Assembly: GCA_012960975.1 (NCBI GenBank)
Contig: DUAE01000039.1
Span: 13,437 to 77,436, forward strand
Length of the DNA: 64,000 nucleotides
Origin: Candidatus Poseidoniales archaeon
GTDB lineage: Archaea; Thermoplasmatota; Poseidoniia; Poseidoniales; Thalassarchaeaceae
Reading direction: 5' to 3'
Below the pieces are notes generated by a model. It was not told where the DNA came from and searched no databases. It was given only the letters and a program-made list of their open reading frames with translations. The position numbers and the translations under genes were made by a program. This document shows positions 61,441-64,000 of this stretch, one piece after another. Position 1 is the stretch's first letter. Each line of letters begins with the position of its first letter.

Positions 61441-62307
61441 ATGTCAGACACATTTACTGTTTATCTTCGTAATGACGAGAAAATTTTACTGATGCAGCGC
61501 GCCGACGAAGTCGCCGATTACCCAGGTGCTTGGGATGGAATATATGGTAACGGAGATCCTAATGATATCGATACTGTTGTCGCTCGCATCACCGAATCTA
61601 CTGGAATCCCAGCAGATCAACTCGAGTATGTTCGCTCCGGTGATGCTCGAGGCCTCGCGTTTGGAAACCGCTTGAATGATGTCTCCCCACTACTATTCCT
61701 CTCAGGAACTAACGAAGTTACTCCAAAGACTCTCTACAAGGGCTTCGAGTGGGTTGATCCTGGTACTATTGGTCAGAAGGAATACGCAACTCCAAAGTTG
61801 CGAGAAATGTACGGTGACGTTGCTTCTTACCTCTATATTCTCAAGACTAGTATAGGTCAGGAACAAAACGTAGCTCGAGAGATTCAAGCACGCCTTTCTG
61901 GTAGCGGATCTCTCGAAGACATTCAGGGTGAAATTTTTGGTGTTCTTTCACCGAATTTTATGCGCGGATATATTTTCGTTGAAGCTTCTGCACTACATCA
62001 CGTCGAGAAACTCATCGGACGCGTTGGAGTCGCTGCGACTCCAATGAAAAATTGTAGAAAAGTTCTCGACGGAGAATCACCGCTAGAAGATGTTCTTCCA
62101 TACTTAGAACCGAAAGCTGCTACAGCTGGAATAGAAGAAGGCTGTATCATCGAAATCAGTGGTGGCGCATTCAAGGGTCAACCGGCTCGTGTAGTTCGCG
62201 TTACTGAATCCAAGGAAGAGGTCACAGTCGAGCTGTTTGAAGCTCTAGTACCGGTCGCTCTGACTGTGCGCGCTGACCAAGTTCGCGTTACCCAGCGTGT
62301 TGAGTAA
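61441..62307 (+). CDS. spt5: Transcription elongation factor Spt5 (NusG) with a ~128-aa N-terminal Nudix-fold-like extension
   Basis: C-terminal 160 aa: NGN domain (YLYILKTSIGQEQNVAREIQ...MRGYIFVEA) plus KOW domain (GCIIEISGGAFKGQPARVVRVTESKEEVTVEL). The N-terminal 128 aa are in the same frame with no stop. A strong GAGGTGA SD sits 6 nt before ATG 61441. Confidence 0.85.
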   Translation: MSDTFTVYLRNDEKILLMQRADEVADYPGAWDGIYGNGDPNDIDTVVARITESTGIPADQLEYVRSGDARGLAFGNRLNDVSPLLFLSGTNEVTPKTLYKGFEWVDPGTIGQKEYATPKLREMYGDVASYLYILKTSIGQEQNVAREIQARLSGSGSLEDIQGEIFGVLSPNFMRGYIFVEASALHHVEKLIGRVGVAATPMKNCRKVLDGESPLEDVLPYLEPKAATAGIEEGCIIEISGGAFKGQPARVVRVTESKEEVTVELFEALVPVALTVRADQVRVTQRVE

Positions 62308-62391
62308 GCAATTTACAGGAGAACTCGTTGAATCAATCACTCTCAAATAGTGAAGGTAGGTCGGCGAGGCACAAATACAGGAGGTAAGCAC

Positions 62392-62670
62392 ATGTCAGCA
62401 AGAAATGAGACACCACACAAAGTGAATCAAGCTCTTGGCGTAGAGAGGTGCAACGGCTCCTGGGAAGAAGCATCTGAAAACTTGACAATGGTTCAAGTTA
62501 AGCAGCTTGCTGAGGATCAAAAGGACCGATTAACCGGTGCTGATTTGTACGCACGAAGCCGCGAAATTATGGGCACGTGTGTTTCTATGAGAGTCAAAGT
62601 TGAGGGCTTCGAACCAAAAGAAGCACTCAAGCGAATGAGCGAGGGGGAATTCAGCGAACACTTTAGCTGA
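62392..62670 (+). CDS. rpl11: 50S ribosomal protein L11, C-terminal (rRNA-binding) domain only (92 aa)
   Basis: NLTMVQVKQLAEDQKDRLTGADLYARSREIMGTCVSMRVKVEGFEPKEALKRMSEGEF matches the L11 C-terminal domain. CAGGAGGT SD before the ATG. There is no coding space for the N-terminal domain upstream. Confidence 0.8.
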   Translation: MSARNETPHKVNQALGVERCNGSWEEASENLTMVQVKQLAEDQKDRLTGADLYARSREIMGTCVSMRVKVEGFEPKEALKRMSEGEFSEHFS

Positions 62671-62682
62671 ATGATCACGAAG

Positions 62683-62711
62683 CGTGGGAGAGGGAAACCT
62701 CGTAGACCACG
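62683..62711 (+). promoter_or_regulatory. Stem - asymmetric internal loop - GAAA-tetraloop structure abutting the L1 Shine-Dalgarno (candidate L1 autoregulatory site)
   Basis: CGTGG-GA-GAGG-GAAA-CCTC-GTAGA-CCACG folded by eye. It is followed directly by GAGGTGAGATAA ATG (L1). Confidence 0.3.
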
Positions 62712-62723
62712 GAGGTGAGATAA

Positions 62724-63368
62724 ATGCAGAAAAATATCACAACAGCAATTGGACAAGCACTTGAGAACTCCCCCGAACGTAAGTTCGTAGAATCGATTGA
62801 AATGTCGATTACACTGAAGGATGTCGACCTAAAGAATCCTACAAACCGTATCCAAGAAGAAGTTCGTCTTCCTTCCGGTCGAGGTAAGGTCGTCCGTATC
62901 GCAATGTTCGCTGGTGGCGAGATGGCTGCGAAGGCACGTGCTGCTGGACTCGACGTTATCGAGCCTTCTGAGATTGAAGACCTTGGTGGGAACCGTCAGA
63001 AAGCACGGAAAATTGCTAATCAATACGACTTCTTCCTATCAGAAATCCCGCACATGGGAACCGTCGGACGATACCTCGGTGTTGTCCTCGGTCCGCGTGG
63101 TAAGATGCCACGCCCAGTACCACCGGCTCTAGACCCTGCAAATATCGCAACTGGCCTTCAGAGCACGGTTGTCGTGCGCTCGCGTGATAAGGTCACATTC
63201 CACACACTTCTAGGCTCACGTGAACTAAGTTTGGATGAAATAATTGCAAATGCAATGGCAGTTTGGAACCGTGTCATCAGTAGACTAGAGCGCGGTGCAG
63301 GAAACATTCGTTCATGTTACATCAAGACCACCATGGGTCCTGCTATCAAAGTCGAGGTGATTGAGTGA
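62724..63368 (+). CDS. rpl1: 50S ribosomal protein L1
   Basis: FVESIEMSITLKDVDLKNP, the ...PHMGTVGRYLGVVLGPRGKMP... motif, and its position between L11 and P0. Confidence 0.93.
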   Translation: MQKNITTAIGQALENSPERKFVESIEMSITLKDVDLKNPTNRIQEEVRLPSGRGKVVRIAMFAGGEMAAKARAAGLDVIEPSEIEDLGGNRQKARKIANQYDFFLSEIPHMGTVGRYLGVVLGPRGKMPRPVPPALDPANIATGLQSTVVVRSRDKVTFHTLLGSRELSLDEIIANAMAVWNRVISRLERGAGNIRSCYIKTTMGPAIKVEVIE

Positions 63369-64000
63369 TTGATTCTAAGGTTGCACCTTGGAAGCGAGAT
63401 CGTGTTAGCGAGCTCGCTGAAATTATCAACTCCGATGGAGTTGTAGGTATCGTCGATATCGGCGGAGTTCCAGCAGGAAATATGCTCAACATGCGCAGCG
63501 ATCTTCGTGGAAAATTAACCATGACCATGGCAAAGAAGACACTCATCAAGTTGGCTTGGGAACAATCCGGCCGTTCGTTGGATGAACTTGATACACTTTT
63601 CGATAATGCGGTTCAACCAGCTATTGTCCATACTAATGCACTCAACCCCTTCGAGTTATTTAGTGAATTAGAGAAAACTCGACAAGGTCGTGCTGCAAAG
63701 GAAGGCGAACTCGCACCTATGGACATCGTTGTCGAGCAAGGACCTACTTCATTTGGACCAGGTCCAATCGTCGGAGAGTTCAACGCTGTTGGAATTCCAG
63801 CAAAAATCGACAGAGGTAAAGTCGCAATTCAGAAAACTTCTACCGTTGTAAACCAAGGAGAGGCAATTTCTGCAGACCTTGGAATCATGCTAGCGAAGTT
63901 GGATATCTTTCCAATCGAAATCGGTCTAATATTGACCGGAGCAATCGAAGACGATTTCCTATTCCCAGCATCTGCTTTGAATCTCGATTTCAAGAAGTTC
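63365..64000 (+). CDS. rplP0: 50S ribosomal protein L10/P0, N-terminal 212 aa (runs off the right window edge)
   Basis: My translation from GTG 63365, which overlaps the L1 stop, gives VIDSKVAPWKRDRVSELAEIINSDGVVGIVDIGGVPAGNMLNMRSDLRG.... This is the typical P0 N-terminus (PeWK...V.EL), in the conserved L11-L1-P0 order. Confidence 0.85.
   Translation, partial: MIDSKVAPWKRDRVSELAEIINSDGVVGIVDIGGVPAGNMLNMRSDLRGKLTMTMAKKTLIKLAWEQSGRSLDELDTLFDNAVQPAIVHTNALNPFELFSELEKTRQGRAAKEGELAPMDIVVEQGPTSFGPGPIVGEFNAVGIPAKIDRGKVAIQKTSTVVNQGEAISADLGIMLAKLDIFPIEIGLILTGAIEDDFLFPASALNLDFKKF

Noticed and set aside
1-64000. Search for CRISPR arrays, transposases/integrases, prophage or known defence systems, and rRNA genes
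   Set aside because: I noticed no direct-repeat/spacer periodicity, no IS-like terminal inverted repeats, and no recombinase-, Cas-, restriction- or toxin-like ORFs. I saw no rRNA-like sequence. The window is mostly housekeeping genes plus surface and peptidase genes.

Overview
The window is a gene-dense archaeal chromosome segment. The archaeal call rests on ribosomal proteins L15e, L21e and P0, Pus10, RpoF/Rpo4, Spt5, SecE, DUF655-KsgA, an intron-containing tRNA-Tyr with a C1-G72 pair, two FtsZ paralogues and a PGF-CTERM protein. The many large acidic secreted proteins and peptidases fit a marine planktonic euryarchaeon (MGII/Poseidoniales-like), but that placement is inference only.

Layout, left to right:
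- 1-7412 (-): an 11-subunit-type nuo operon in the order nuoA-B-C-D-H-I-J1-J2-K-L, with no nuoEFG.
- 7505-22376 (-): a 15-kb cluster of five co-oriented genes for giant secreted or membrane-anchored proteins, including an S8 subtilase. Two of them end in cytoplasmic zinc ribbons.
- 22.4-62 kb: housekeeping genes (L15e, tRNA-Tyr, ftsZ, hisS, pgk, gpmA, PGM/PMM, uppS, ksgA cluster, pus10, dnaJ-like) interleaved with peptidases and transporters (M14 carboxypeptidase coupled to an NSS transporter, M24, M43, MscS, CAX, RND/MMPL exporter).
- 59952-64000 (+): the conserved ftsZ-secE-spt5-L11-L1-P0 cluster.

I saw no CRISPR array, transposase, integrase, rRNA gene or recognisable defence system.

The most unusual observations:
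- An L11 gene that encodes only the C-terminal domain.
- An Spt5 with a ~128-aa Nudix-like N-terminal extension.
- NuoI and NuoH with large insertions.
- Perfect 3-nt-loop hairpins in every intergenic spacer of the surface-protein cluster, one of which sequesters a Shine-Dalgarno sequence.
- Transmembrane exoproteins with intracellular zinc-ribbon tails.

All family assignments come from reading motifs by eye. No database search was run.
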